Positions 37,348-50,789 of a DNA stretch of 64,000 nucleotides are shown one piece after another; position 1 is the stretch's first letter; every line of letters begins with the position of its first letter. The position numbers and the translations under genes are program-made. Origin of the DNA: Coniocarpon cinnabarinum (Eukaryota); assembly GCA_051942205.1 (NCBI GenBank), contig JAVECO010000023.1:62001-126000 (forward strand), written 5' to 3'. The notes below the pieces were generated by a model. That model ran no database searches and had not been told where the DNA came from. It worked only from the letters and a program-made list of their open reading frames with translations.

Positions 37348-39320
37348 TGTATGAGTGAGAGTGAGGCTGAGTCAAGAGTATGAGTTGCCAGTGTTTGAAG
37401 TAACGGCTGAACAGTGCAGCTGGGTGTGTCGTTCTGTAAGAGGAAGACAAGGTCAGTCAGAGGCTACCAAAAATTGATCGGCATGGCAGCTTTGTAAGAG
37501 AGACTTGTAATCGGGTGTTCGAGTTCAGACGCGGAGTGCTGGGCGGCAAGGTCTGGCAGCGGAAGGATAAATGACCAAAGGGACCAAACAACTCACGAGA
37601 TGTCTGGATGAGACGGTGGGAGCGAATGTACTGGGTTGTAGTTGAGAAAAGGTCGTCTTTGTTCAATAGGTAAGCAGAGGAAGAGGAGGCAGTTGTGCTG
37701 ATGGCGAGGAAGAAGGGAAAGGAAGAACAGCGTGACAGCGCATGTCCTGCAATTTCCTCATCTGGTATCATACTCGTTCCGCCCCTTGTAGCCTGGCAAA
37801 CGAGGCGACGATCAGACGGTCACGAGATCATCCACATGAAAATCGTCAGCTGCCCGCCTCTGGTTTCGACATTCGCTCGACAGTGTTCAATTCATCACAT
37901 GATTGATGCCATTATCTGTCTCGGGCGCGTCTGTGCTTGTCACTCTTGCAAAATCTCAGAACTGTTTCCCCGTTCACAACACTATCGCGCTCGCGAATGC
38001 TTCTGAGCCAAAGTCACAGGCCTCCGGTTTTTTTCCCAAGCCACCTTATATCCTAAAGCACTTGAACTTATCATTTCCAGTCGGCGATCAAGGGGATATT
38101 TGTCAGTATAGCTACTAGTAAGTCTGTGTAAAGTAAGACGCACCCTAATCGCCAAGCTTTTGGCAATGTCCATGTGATGGAATTCTGGTACAGTCCGTCT
38201 CATGTTCAGAGCTTGAGCCGGTCACAGTCTTTCGAGAAGCACTTGAAATTTTCGTGAAGGTTGTGATGTGCTCTTGTCAGGAAGCACATGGCCCTCCCCC
38301 ATACATGTTGCGCGAAACCGAAAGACCCACGTATTGTAGCGGCTTTTGTTATATACAACGTGCACACCAGATACGGACTCGGCTGTCCTTTCCCCTTACC
38401 TTGCGAACTTTCTGGAGGCGATGACGGCGCGTGCGGAACTCTTCAAGCAATTGCGCGCAATAGTAATCTAGTATTCACAACAGAGACATTAACATTGCAC
38501 CACCAACGGACTCGGTTTCATCCCGACCCATAAGTACAGTGCGGCCCAGCAGTCCAGCACAAGGCATGAAGTTGAAGCTCCCCCAGGACCCAGAACAGCG
38601 CCCCGAGGTCGACGAAAACATCTCATGCTCCGGCTTAGATGGACTACTTCCGGAAATCATGACTGATGTCTCTGCAAAAGTAAAAAGCGCCAGAGCTGAT
38701 GATTACCGTGCCACACCTTTTCAGCCCCAAGCCCCTGGAGGGCGAGTCAGCACTAACCGCTGAAAGCAATTCCTGCCTTCTCTCTTCGGGGCCAAACTAA
38801 CAGACATCTTCATGTCCCCGGTTGTTGTGTTCCAAAAATGTCCACCCGGTCGTGCCGGTAAACATGGCGCGGCGTGTGCCACGAGCGCGCACGAGGTCAT
38901 CATCTCCCCTAGCCCGGGCTGCGCGAACGTTTGCCAATCGTAATGCTGATATCTCACCGACGCTGTGGAAACAAGCTTATGTCTGTGAGGTTGGCTGAAT
39001 TGACCTGGCGTTGGTGCTTGTCAGCATCGCACCCCATCGCACTACTCTCCGCAAGGAGCGGTAAGTCTGCTCGTAGGACAAATACGAAGCTTTGGTAACA
39101 TCTCATTTCACTTTCCCGTACCCTTGCTTCCACATGCGACACCTGGTGCATCACTCCGCCACTCCACAAATCTCCGAACCTATTACACCTGCCGCACGTA
39201 TCCTCCTGCGCTCTTGAGTCATCAACGGCTTGTCGTGACGACGCTCAGCATAACAGTGAGAGACTTTCATGATTCTACACCGCACTTTCTGTTCGTGATT
39301 CGACGGCCCAAACAACAGCG

Positions 39321-39998
39321 ATGGCCTCCAGCAACTCACCACGCTCCCTCCTCGACCTTCCTTATGAGATTCGTCACATGATTTACAGATTCGCCCTTTG
39401 CGACCAACGCATCCACATCAAACCTGACGGCTGGAACCTCACATCCCAGGTCTGCGTAGATCCACTCCAAACGCCCATCACGCCCAGCTCCAAAACCCTC
39501 TGCGACCCTTGCACAGTCATCAAGCGCTCACAACAAGTCCATGTCCACTCTCTACTCGTCTCACGCTCAAACGACAGTCCAGCTTTAATATCCATCCCAC
39601 CACTGGGGATTTCTCTCACGCGCAGTTGCAAAGCCATATTCGAAGAAACAGCTCCCCTCGTCTACCGTCACAACACCTTTCTCATTCACAGCCTCGGTGG
39701 TCTCTTCAGATTTGTGCAGATGCTGCCACCTCGGCACCTGGCATTGATCAAGGAACTGTGGGTCAGTAACGCCATGAACGGTGGCGAGTTCAGCCGCGCC
39801 AGTTATGGAGAGGGCGGCATGCAGAAGCCTCGTATGGATCTGGGCATGCTATGGTGCATGAACAACTTGAGTGCTGGGATGGGTTGTGGAGACGGGGAGC
39901 TGGAGGCGGAGAGTTTGAAGGAGGAGGAAAAGAAGAATAATGATCTCTGTGAAGGATTGCAGAGCGAGGTGGCCAGGGTGGCTGAAATGGGAGCGTAA
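39321..39998 (+). CDS. F-box-like protein of the common fungal LLDLPxEIR...LxxxCKxIxxE...YxxNTF type
   Basis: SLLDLPYEIRHMIYRFAL...ISLTRSCKAIFEETAPLVYRHNTF. Confidence 0.7.
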   Translation: MASSNSPRSLLDLPYEIRHMIYRFALCDQRIHIKPDGWNLTSQVCVDPLQTPITPSSKTLCDPCTVIKRSQQVHVHSLLVSRSNDSPALISIPPLGISLTRSCKAIFEETAPLVYRHNTFLIHSLGGLFRFVQMLPPRHLALIKELWVSNAMNGGEFSRASYGEGGMQKPRMDLGMLWCMNNLSAGMGCGDGELEAESLKEEEKKNNDLCEGLQSEVARVAEMGA

Positions 39999-40290
39999 AG
40001 GCAAGTGTCAATTCCTGGGCATTTCCCAAGGCTGCTTGAATCACCTGCTTTCGCAGGAGCCCAAGAAACTTAACATTGAGTGATGTCGGAAGGTCTCAAC
40101 GATTAGATGATCTTCGACGCCGTGTTCAGAGGGGGTTTCTTGACATACAGGATAGTGCAGCATAGAGGGCCAGTCGCAGGCATATCATTACTAACATAAT
40201 AGCGTCTTCTGAACTTCTTAGATCTGCTTTTGTAGATCAATCTGTACAAAACATATACAAATCAGAAACCAAGGTGCCGTTTTCTTCGTA

Positions 40291-41771
40291 TCATACAAAC
40301 GCTTGTATGCCCGTGATAGCTCGACCAAGTATCAACGAATGAATATCGCTCTGCCCTTCATAGGTCTGTGTCACAAACAGATTGGCTACGTGGCGGCCAA
40401 TACCATACTCGTCGCTCACAGCATTACCACCAAAAATCTCTTGCAGACTATGAAATGTCAGCTGATATGAGACCCCTCACAGGGCGAAACCCGGCAGGAA
40501 ACTTACTTCCGCGCCCCAATCAATGCTCGGTCACAGTTCTGCCTCTTGATCATGCTCACCATCTCTGGAGCCGCTTTGCCCTGCTCTTTCAAGCGACCGA
40601 CCTGCAGTGCTGCTAAGATTCCATACGCAGCGTCTGTAGTCGCATCTGACAGCTTCTTCTGCACCAGTTGATACTTGGCAATGGGATTGTTCTTGAACTG
40701 CCGTCGCTCCAACGCGTAGGTGCGCGAGCGATCGATACAATCTTCCAGTGCGCCAATAGTGCCCCAGGCAATGCCGTAACGAGCCTGGTTCAGGCAGTGG
40801 AAGGGACCAGTCAATCCTTCGATCGAGGGGAACATGTTCTCTTCGCGGACTGGGACCTCGTCCATTTGGATCATGCCAGTAATGCTCGCGCGAAGGCCAT
40901 TCTTGTTGGATAGCTTCGGTGTTTCTAAAGTACCTGGGGGACACTGGTCGCGCTCAATCACGAAGCCGCGGATCTTGCCTGTCTCGCTGTGCTTAGCCCA
41001 AACCAACAGGACTTCTGCGATTGGAGAGTTGGTGATCCACGTCTTGCTGCCACTCAGTTTGAAGTATCCGGGTCTTTGCGGATCCGGCCGCGCAACTGAT
41101 TCCATGCTACCAGGGTCGCTACCGTGATTAGGCTCGGTCAGGCCAAAGCAACCAAGGATCTCACCAGAGGCCATGCGAGGGAGTAAGCGCTCTTTCAATT
41201 CTTCAGTGCCAAAAGCGTCAATTCCTGCCATCGCGAGGGAGGATTGGACGGAGTAGCCGGATCGATAGCCGGAGTCAACACGTTCGACGGCACGAGTGAT
41301 GAGACCAGAAGCAACAGAGGAGACGCCAGCGCAGCCATAACCTTTCAGGATATTAGTGATGGTTTGGAGTGGGAATTGGGGTAAGCAGGCAGACTTGCCG
41401 TTGATTGAGGCTCCCAATAGACCCAGCTCGCCCATCTCGCGAAGGATCTGACGGTCGTACTGTTCGTTTCGATATGCCTCTATCCGTATCAATCAAGTCA
41501 GCCCTAGGAGCCCTTCGTGTACTGTCCAGGGCCAATAAAGCGGTTTTGCTGGCTCACCCAACACTCGTGGTGCCATTCGCTCTTGACAATAAGCTTCTGC
41601 TGTCTCTGCAATCTGCATCTCCTCCTCGGTAAAGCCATTGGCAGCCCTTAATGGATCTCTCCAGTCGAAGGGCTCGGATTTCTCAGTGGCATAGCAGCGA
41701 CGCGCTTGGCAAACATAGCGCGCACGACGACTAAGCTGTCTCGCAGCTTGTCTCTGGAAAGGTTTGAGCAT
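40291..41771 (-). CDS. Mitochondrial glutaryl-CoA dehydrogenase, multi-exon
   Basis: [42 protein letters not shown]; last exon [14 protein letters not shown]...[24 protein letters not shown]. Confidence 0.93.
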
Positions 41772-41945
41772 TTTGGGCAGATCTGGCGAACGAAATGAAA
41801 ATCAAGACGAGCAGCGTCACTCTAGATCTTTTGCTTCGCGGACTTGGGATGGAGATAACGTTACCGCGGCTATCTGATCTAGATTGCTGCCTGGTTCAGG
41901 CAGCCAAAGTGACGAGTGCCAAGATTCGCGGCTAGCGCGAGATTG

Positions 41946-41973
41946 ACGCGATTCCTCGTGCTCGTGAACGCGT
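41946..41973. promoter_or_regulatory. MCB-like elements upstream of FEN1
   Basis: ACGCGA at 41946-41951 and ACGCGT at 41968-41973, 75-100 nt before the FEN1 ATG. Confidence 0.5.
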
Positions 41974-42046
41974 TTTATGACTTCTTAACTTCGATGTTCT
42001 TGTGCAAGTCGGGTGACTGAGCAAAGCTTGAAAAGCGAGTTTCAAG

Positions 42047-43384
42047 ATGGGTATCAAACGTAGGTCAAATCAGCGACGCTTCGATCGCCTGTATAAGTCA
42101 CGGACAGAAGCTGACCGCAATCAGAGCTCACTCAGGTAATTCAAGAGCATGCGCCTGATGCTATTCAGGCGGGAGAGATCAAGAATCAATTTGGCCGCAA
42201 AGTTGCCATTGATGCGTAAGTGCCGGCTCCTAGCACTATTCCCTCTTTGCAAAAGCTGTAATCAAGGGATCTTGGGTTAATGTGAGTGTCTACGTAGCTC
42301 AATGTCAATTTACTCGTTCCTCATCGCTGTCCGCTCCGATGGTCAGCAACTCACATCAGAGACCGGCTCGACGACCTCACATCTAATGGGACTGTTTTAT
42401 CGAACGCTGCGTATGTGCGACAACGGCATCAAACCCCTCTTCGTCTTCGACGGAGCTCCACCGAAGCTCAAATCCGGAGAACTAGCCAAACGCTTTGCTC
42501 GCAAGACCGAAGCCAACGAGGCCCACGAAGAAGCCAAGGAGACAGGTACGGCAGAGGACGTAGAAAAGTTCAGTCGACGAACTGTGAGAGTCACAAGAGA
42601 GCACAATGAAGAATGTCAGCGGTTACTTCGGTGTATGGGCGTGCCCTACATTGTTGCGCCCACTGAAGCAGAAGCCCAGTGCGCTGTTCTGGCGCGCGCC
42701 GAGAAGGTGTATGCTGCAGCATCGGAAGATATGGACACTCTCACATTCAATGCACCTGTTCTATTGCGGCATCTGACGTATTCGGAGCAGCGCAAGATGC
42801 CAATTCAAGAGATCCACCTCAACAGAGTCCTGGAGGGTCTTGGCCTGACGATGGATCAATTCATCGATTTGTGCATGCTGCTTGGATGTGACTACCTGGA
42901 TCCAATTCCCAAAATTGGACCAAACACGGCTCTGAAGCTAATCAAAGAACACGGGAGCATGGAAGCTGTCATCGAGAGTATGCGTAACGGCAGTCTGAAG
43001 GGCAAATTTGCCTTACCAGAGGACTACCCGTGGGAGGATGCTCGGGAGCTGTTTCTGCATCCAGACGTACGCAGCGCAGACGATCCACTCTGTGACTTCA
43101 AGTGGGAGGCGCCAGACACAGAAGCCCTGTTGAAGTTCTTGGTGGAGGAGAAAGGCTTCAATGAAGACCGTGTGCGCAGTGGGGCGCAACGACTAGGAAA
43201 GACGTTGAAAACGCAACAGCAGTCGCGACTTGAAGGTTTCTTCAAGCCAAGGGAGAAGACGGAGGAAGAGAAGAATGACTTGAAGCGCAAACACGAGGAG
43301 AAACAGGCTGAGGCGAAGAAGAGGAAAAAGGAGGATGCAAAGGTCAAGAAGGAGGCCAAGGCCAAGCCCAGAGGTGGAGCTTGA
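42047..43384 (+). CDS. FEN1: Flap endonuclease 1 (3 exons)
   Basis: MGIK...[60 protein letters not shown] box QSRLEGFF. Confidence 0.97.
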
Positions 43385-43930
43385 GGTAGGGTCTCAGGCT
43401 GTGTACGGTACGCGCAAACTACTATGCATTTGTCACAACAGCATGGCGTTGGTGGAACGAGTTTACGAGCCAGCATGGAAGAGGTTACCCGTGCTCGAAA
43501 GGCAAGAATGAGCGATGATCACGAGACTGAGATGGCCATGGACGACATTTCAGGGTCGCAGCAAAGGCTAGGAAGCCCTCGTGTAAGGTATTGAGGTTAA
43601 GTCAGGTTCCAAGGGCTTGTGGATATCTGAGGGTCGAGCAAGTCCAGGTGGTGGTTATGAAGGTGACCTCGAGGTACTCTCAACAATAGAATACCATTGA
43701 CATAGATACGATACCATGCTCTCATGTTCTAGGCTTTCATGATCACGCCACTCGTGCTAGAGCAACTCGCCTTTCTGCCACGGTACGGGGTATGCATGTA
43801 CGTTAGACGAATGCCGTTGCTAGGGTTTCAAGACCCTTTCGCGGCCCCCTCTTAGGTGCTGTTCTACGTCAGCTCTCATGCTCTTCGGCATCCCTGACAG
43901 TGGTCTGTAGACCACGCGGTCGCCGCAGCA

Positions 43931-45946
43931 ATGGCGGCTGACCCATCGACGCCTGCACATCGACGCGCATTCACTCTACCGGCCAAGCTTCGCCGTTCGC
44001 CTTCTCCAGCCACCTCTCCCCTTAATACGCCTGATCGCTCTGCCGAATCAGCTCCTGTCGAGACACTCTTCACTCATTCCAAAGCTCGCATCGTACAGTT
44101 CCCGGCACCTCAAGCTGGCCCAGCCCATGAGGAAGGCTCGCTGCCATGGAGCAAGGCCAACGAGCGAGTCACAGCCGCTGGCGCACTCCAGCTTTACAAA
44201 GTCAGAGGGCAGCACGTGGCGTTTTTGTCCTCGGGGACAACCCTGCTATCACTGATGCCACGATCACAATGTTGGTGTGTAGATGGGGAAAGCAAATTTG
44301 CTCTGCGCTTGAAAGGGGCCATCTATCGGATCGAGCTGCCGTATGAAACGGATCAAGATCGTGCCTGCGTAGAAGACTTCAAGATTGCGTTAGGCATGGT
44401 CTTGATGTACGAGAGAACCGCCTGCCCCTTCAGGAGAAGTTTCAAGAAGGAGTACAACCAAGAAGAAGCTGCGTCACCCATGCTCGTAGGGAAGCTGAGG
44501 AGGTCTAACACCAAAGCGAAAAGGTGGGAATTCGATGAGGGTTGGAGACCCGAGGGAGAGGAGAAACCGACACCACCGGAGAAGAAATCCTTTGAATTCA
44601 AAAGACGACGGCGAAGGTCGAGCCCAAGCAGTGGAGACAATTCCGATGAGACCGGCCAATTGAGTGGTGCAAATAGCCGTGAGACATCTTCGACGCGACC
44701 AACTTCAACGGCGGCAGCCGAGTCAGAACCATATGTTGTGAACCAAGTGAAGAAATTAGAGAACGCAAGGATAGTTTCGGGACCGCCAGCACTCGCTGCT
44801 TTGGGGGAGGATCCTTTTCTCGATGACCACATGGATCATGGGTACAGTCTGCAACAGGACATTGCGCCTGCGTCACAGTATGTACCAGTAGCCGACATGA
44901 AGGGGTCTTCCTTGAATCAACGTGACGATGACGGCACTCATGCGGGCGAGAGCACGGTGAATGATGCAAACTATCCGCCACCTATGGATCCACACGGCGG
45001 ATCTCCGGCCAAGAGCACATCCTCACAGGAAGCTCCCTCGGATATAGTCTACGTCGAAGGAGAAGAAAGAGACGAAAAGATCGGTGGCCGAGCAAATGAC
45101 AAGCAGCAGCGATCACCACCCAAATTAACCATCAAGGCCTCGAAAGATGACTTACAGCATCCGTCGACTCAGATATCCTCTCAAAGCAACAGTGGCAGGA
45201 CGCCGCACACCGCAACGTTCTATATTGCCAGTCCCGCCATTGCTTCCTTGAGCAATTCAGCATATGTCAATGACCCTGCAGCTTCTACGTATGGCCTGAG
45301 TCCTGAGCCTGAACGGGCTCCAGCAGATACAGAGCACTTTCAGATAGAAAGTCTGCCTGCTGTACATGAGGGAGAATCTGGCCCTTCGCTTGAGCACCAA
45401 GGCCAGTCCCCTTCAGCAACTACAATGGTGTCGACATGTACGTCTAATGCCATCAAGCCTCGCGCATCTCAAATGCTGCGCGACTTTCGCTCCCGCCGGC
45501 CCTCCACACCCTCAAGCCACAGCACAGCTACTGCGCGCGGCTTGAACCTCGACCTTGCTAAAGCTCATTATCTGCGCAATGACCCACTGCCGAAGTTGCC
45601 ATACGGTAGCAACAATCAAAGCGTGGCTGGGAAAGCACTGACTTTGCTTATGGGTCCACCCTCTGGCTTGGTCTCAGCGATGATGCAAATTGCTTCACGA
45701 CTGAGCGGTGCTGCGGCGTCTTTTGATCTTTCCTCGTGGATTCAAGCAGATTCAGGGTTCAATGGAGAAGGTGTGTTTTATGAACGGCGGTCTGGGCGGT
45801 GTATTCCTGGCGCTTGGGATGACATTCTCCATGAAGATGAGGAAGCACATAAGAGTGTAAGCCCACAGCGCGAAGCTGTCGTGCGACAGTGCACGGATGA
45901 AAAAGTTGGGTTTTCTGACGCCATTATTAGTCAAGATGTCGATTGA
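43931..45946 (+). CDS. INP1: Inheritance of peroxisomes protein 1
   Basis: TLFTHSKARIVQF, LPWS...AAGALQLY, AFLSSG, LMPRSQCWCVDGESKFALR...YRIELP, LMYERTACPFRR; C-terminal LLMGPP and IPGAWD. Confidence 0.8.
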   Translation: MAADPSTPAHRRAFTLPAKLRRSPSPATSPLNTPDRSAESAPVETLFTHSKARIVQFPAPQAGPAHEEGSLPWSKANERVTAAGALQLYKVRGQHVAFLSSGTTLLSLMPRSQCWCVDGESKFALRLKGAIYRIELPYETDQDRACVEDFKIALGMVLMYERTACPFRRSFKKEYNQEEAASPMLVGKLRRSNTKAKRWEFDEGWRPEGEEKPTPPEKKSFEFKRRRRRSSPSSGDNSDETGQLSGANSRETSSTRPTSTAAAESEPYVVNQVKKLENARIVSGPPALAALGEDPFLDDHMDHGYSLQQDIAPASQYVPVADMKGSSLNQRDDDGTHAGESTVNDANYPPPMDPHGGSPAKSTSSQEAPSDIVYVEGEERDEKIGGRANDKQQRSPPKLTIKASKDDLQHPSTQISSQSNSGRTPHTATFYIASPAIASLSNSAYVNDPAASTYGLSPEPERAPADTEHFQIESLPAVHEGESGPSLEHQGQSPSATTMVSTCTSNAIKPRASQMLRDFRSRRPSTPSSHSTATARGLNLDLAKAHYLRNDPLPKLPYGSNNQSVAGKALTLLMGPPSGLVSAMMQIASRLSGAAASFDLSSWIQADSGFNGEGVFYERRSGRCIPGAWDDILHEDEEAHKSVSPQREAVVRQCTDEKVGFSDAIISQDVD

Positions 45947-46491
45947 TGCATTGATACGTTGGCTTGTATTTGTATAACGACTAATGATGATAGAGCAAGT
46001 GGTAACCCACGGTATTGCCTTATTCTTACCACTTGATACGCTGAGCAGCTTCTTCTCTTTCTCTTTCGCCAATCTCAAAGACTCCTTCGTCGTTTTCCTT
46101 CCGAGATAGTGTATGCATGATGGGCCCACTGCATATGCAGCAACATTTATATGGGTATATGAGACTGCATGATACCATTTGAAGAGGGATGTGAAGGCAG
46201 CGAAGTCTATTAAGAGCAAAGGACTATGCATTTAAGCAATGATCTTGCCACTGAGCTCGTTGCGTTCCAGCAGCGTCGAGGAAACTGCATAGTGCCACTC
46301 ATCATAAAGACTCATACTCGGAAGCTTCCATCGCACGAGCTCAGCATGTTTGCAAGAAGATGTCAATAGCTCCTAGGCTACGCCCGAAGTCTCGAGAAAC
46401 AGTAGCGCACCATCGGGCTACTCGCCTGGCCTGGTTTCTCATTCATTGCAAGCATGCTCAGCAGGAGTGACTATGACGAGTCCCGAAGGAC

Positions 46492-47574
46492 CTACGCCGA
46501 AGGCTTTTGGCCGACAACCACGACGCTGCACCAATCAGCCAATGTTCTGGGCATAGGGAGATTTGCCACCTTACCTGATGCCATGATACCCGTACTCGTC
46601 AGCGTTGTCAAGCCAGTCCTGCTTCAGCTCTTCCACCCACTTTGAGCACTCAGCATCATCCATGTCCATTCCCGCAGCCATCTTGGGAGCAAACATATCT
46701 ATAAAGTTGAAAATGATGTTCGTCACGTAGATGGATGTTTCTTCCTTTTGGTTGGCGTCGGGCCATCTCGACGGGTCAGTGTACAGCGTACGCGTCTCGC
46801 TTTTCAGCACCGCCAAGTTGGCCTCCCGCACGAGAAAATCGAGCTGTAGCGGCGCGAAGTGATCAACACCGGACTTGGCTGCTCCTGCCGTCATCATCTC
46901 GCAGAAGGATTCGAACGGCGTCTTGGCCACGTCGGCCGGTCTCCACTTCGCGATGCTCTGGATCACGCCTTCTGTGCACTGTAGAATGCCGCCCGGCTTG
47001 AGGTGTGCGATGGCTTTTGCAATGTGGGCAGGCCAGTCACGGACGGCCATTGTGAGAAAACGCCCATGAATGACGTCAAATGGGATTTCGGAGCCGGGAA
47101 ATTCCCAGAGAGCAGCAAAGTCGGCTTTGGCAAAGTGGCAATTATCAGGGAAGGTCCCGTCCGCCTCGTCGGGAGGGTCGATGTCTATCCCCAATATGAA
47201 GGCGCCCGGGTATTGCTCCGCCATCTCGCGGCACCAAATCTAGACAATGTCAGTTTGAAAGCATGTGGGAAGTCGAAGAGGGTACATACGCCAGTCCCGC
47301 AGCCCAGATCCAGGATACGAGCATTGGCGACAAGAGACTGGGGGATGGCGTGGAGACCGTTTTCGTATTTCGAGAACATATGCTGATAATCTAGACGCTC
47401 TCCTTCTCCCTTTGAGACATATTTGTCAGCGAAAGCAGTCTGACGTGTCAGGGATGATGTTCCTAACCACCTCGGCCGCTGTCAAGTAGAATCAGCATCA
47501 TGGATGAGTGTGCAAAGTTCATGTGGGCATGTCAAACCTTTGGGAAATGGGTAGATCTTGTCTAAACCCTCCAT
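46492..47574 (-). CDS. LaeA-like class I SAM methyltransferase, multi-exon
   Basis: YPFP...ERLDYQH, RILDLGCGTG|IWCREMAEQYP..ILGIDI, PDNCHF, FDVIHGRFL, LKPGGILQCTE; last exon VVVVGQKP. Confidence 0.82.
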
Positions 47575-48449
47575 GATGATAAGAAGCGTGTCCGCAAAAG
47601 AGCTATTGACAAGACTCGAAGGCGGCTCAGACGCAGGGCAAGGAGCTCAATGAACGATTCGATAGTAAAAGATACGAGGCGATTCTGCTGCTGCGGAACG
47701 AAGCGGTGAAGCAGCACAGCGCATATAGCTTCCTAATGTGTACCTGTAATACACGGCGGATCGTTGCAAACTCCATCGTGAGACAGCGACATATCACGGG
47801 GCTTGCTCTTGCGCTTTTGTGATACTAAGAATTTTACTCGCAACTTGGGAGCCAGGCGCACTCAGTTCTAGGCACAGCATCTCAGCACGACTTGGTACGA
47901 GCTGAGCAGCCTGGGGTCTATCAATCCACGGCGCGAGGAGTTATGAAATTGCAGCAGCAATGGCACGACTTTGATCTATCATCAAAAGACTGACTGGCGG
48001 TCCGACAGCTGAGTTGAGCGAGCACCGTGTGTAGAACAGATTTCAAGGGCTCCTGGATCAGTGGTTGCCTGCAGCATTGACTGCTGGTCCCGAAACTTGA
48101 TGAACCAAGGTGCTCAAGAGAGAAGCCATGGACGAGCATCTTGCATGTATCTTGTGAACAAAGCTGTAAGCCTCTAATGTGTTGTCTGGCAGAAGTAAGG
48201 TAGGCTTCGTGAGGAGGCAATCATACTTACGAATAGCCAAACCCTGGTTTTAAAGGCACCAACACAGCGGAGAGGCGGGCGGTATGGCGGAAAATAAGGT
48301 CACGTGATTGTTCATGTGGTCGCGAACGCCTCATACAAACTACCCACGCAGTGTCATAGCGAAGCAAAGGGCCCTACGTGCCCACGAATTTACCCTCAAA
48401 TTGATAGACCTTGCACGAAAATGTCACAAACTCCTTGAGACTCGCAAAC

Positions 48450-49757
48450 ATGTCGAATTTCGATCCCAATGCTATTCTGAGAGGGTTTGTTGATCAGACC
48501 TACACTTCCATGCCCTCGTTAATATTCACGCAGCGCTCAATTGACTCTTGTTGGCGGTTCGTCACGGGCTGATCTTGCTAGTGATCAAGTCAAACCATGC
48601 TAATCTAAACGCAAAGCTCACCGTGCATTACAAAATCCCGCTCTCTTCAAGCATGAGCACTACCGTCAAGCAGCGTTGGCGGTTGCCGTCGGAATCATTA
48701 TTCAAGCCATCGTTTCCATGCCTTTGATCATCGTCAGGTTCTCATTTTGGGGCTTGGGATTCTTTACGGATCTCCAGGGCGCTACCTGGGATGATGAGAT
48801 CATCAATGCGCTGCACTTCATCCAGCATTCTGTTTTACAAGTGCCGTTCTTCCTGATGAATGTGCTTAAATTTCTAAATCCGGCATTGGATAACATGTTG
48901 GTCACGCTAAAGCCAATGTGCCTACTGGTATCACTAACATAGCTAGGTTCATGGAGTCATTGCAGTGGGTCGATCAGACCTATGTAGCTAAGCATCAATC
49001 TGAGGATCCATCCCATCTGCGGGCGATGTACTATCCAACCCTTCGTCAATGGCACGGTGACCCGTCACAGAAGAAGACGTCACGAGAAGCTTTCATGGGA
49101 TTTCTGATCCGATATGGGAAGAAAGCAGGACTGTCATTGTCTGTTCTGCTGTTGTCTTATGTGCCGTATGTGGGCAAGATTGTGATGCCTGCACTCAGCT
49201 TCTACTACTTCAGAACGGCAGTGGGGCCCAAACCCGCCATTGCCATTTTTGCATCTGGACTTGTCATCCCCCGGCATTACTTGGTCAGATTTCTGCAGAC
49301 GTATTTCTCTTCGAGGACGATGATGCGAGAGCTGGTGAGTGTTCCCGGTTGTTCTTAGGTGTCGCTCAGGAACCTGACAAACTAGCTCCAACCGTATTTC
49401 AGTCGTGTTCCATTCAATTCCGAACAGAAACGCAAATGGTTCAGAGATCGTGAAGGAGTCCTATTCGGCTTTGGGGCTGCCTTTTTCGTTATGATCAAGG
49501 TACCGCTTGTTGGCGTACTCGTCTATGGTATCGCCGAAGCATCGACGGCCTTTCTGCTAACCAAAATTACGGACCCGCCACCCCCTCCGACAGACCCACG
49601 GGAGAAGAGTGCGTATGTTGAAAGCCAGGTGCGATGGAAGAACAAGGAAAAGTTCTTTACATTAGACATGGCCAACCTAGACTCACTCAACGTTGCCACT
49701 TCTGCGACAGCGCAGAAGTCAGGTGAGCCGACTGTGCCAACCAAAAAATTCTCGTAG
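48450..49757 (+). CDS. usgS: Transmembrane protein UsgS (EI24/Lds-like), multi-exon
   Basis: Spliced N-terminus MSNFDPNAILRGAQLTLVGAHRALQNPALFKHEHYRQAALAV; FMESLQWVDQTY, RELLQPYFSR, WFRDREGVLFGF, YGIAEASTAFLLTKITDPPP. Confidence 0.85.
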
Positions 49758-49831
49758 TGCCACGGTCCTTCTGTTTGGGTCTGGCAGCTTGTGCACTGCT
49801 ATCCCATACGTACTTGAAAGACCTCCCACAT

Positions 49832-50789
49832 TTAAGCAGGCGGCGTAACCTTGTCAAGACCTCGTCCGGCAACAAAGCGTACATCCTGTCTAAGATGAGT
49901 ACAGCCTCTCGTGCGCGTTGGATTCTTGGTAAACTCACCATTTCCTCACGGGGCATTGGAGTGCAGTCCCACGGAGCGGCCATCCCTCCATGGAAGATCT
50001 GCCCTGCCACGCCCTTCTCTGCATCGCTCACAATCCCTTCTGCCACCTCCTCAGGTGGTGCATTGGCTGCCGGCATTGCGCACTCTTCGTTTGCCTTTAA
50101 GATGTTATCCCAAGCCTCACTGTAGAAGGAGTTTGTGGGCCGTTGTGGAGTAGGTGCATTATCGAAGATCTTGGTCCCGACCATGCCAACCATAGCGGTG
50201 ACTACTCGAACACCCAACGGCGCCATCTCCACGCGCATGCTCTCGGAAAAGATTGTGACAGCACCTTTGGAGCCGCCATAAATACCTGAAATGAGCCAGA
50301 TCAGCCCCGGAACCAGAACTACCCCGTATAGTCATTGGGGCGTAGTGAAGACTCGCCTTGGTACGCGATCCAAGTCATGCCAGCAATCGAACCAATGTTG
50401 ACGATGGTCCCATGCGAGCGCACCAGCATCGGCGCAAACGCTTGCGTCATTCTCAGCATGCCCCATACGTTGACCTCGAACAGTTGCTTGCTTTGCTCGA
50501 TGGGTGAGTCCAGCATGGGCAAATTGAAGACCTGGCCCGCATTGTTCACCAGACAATCAAGCTTGCCATTGGTCTTCTGGCTGATCTCGGCGACACAGCG
50601 ATCGACCGAATCTTGCGAAGTAACATCAAGCGTGACAAATTCAATGTCGTCGCTGCCAATGGCCATGGCTTTGGAGGGAGTGCGCACGGCAGCAAAGACA
50701 TGGTGGCCGCGTTTGGCGTAAGAGCGTGCAAGCGCAGCTCCGAGGCCCCCTTCGCCGCAGCCCGATACGAGAACAGTCTTCTTCGACAT
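49832..50789 (-). CDS. Short-chain dehydrogenase/reductase (Ayr1-like), 3 exons
   Basis: KTVLVSGCGEGGLGAALA, LDVTS, LVNNAG, FEVNVWG, IVNIGS, YGGSK, RVEMAPLGVRVVT; last exon DVRFVAGRGLDKVTPPA*. Confidence 0.87.

Noticed and set aside
37434..37596. UBC4 5'UTR intron as a snoRNA host
   Set aside because: No C box or H/ACA architecture visible.
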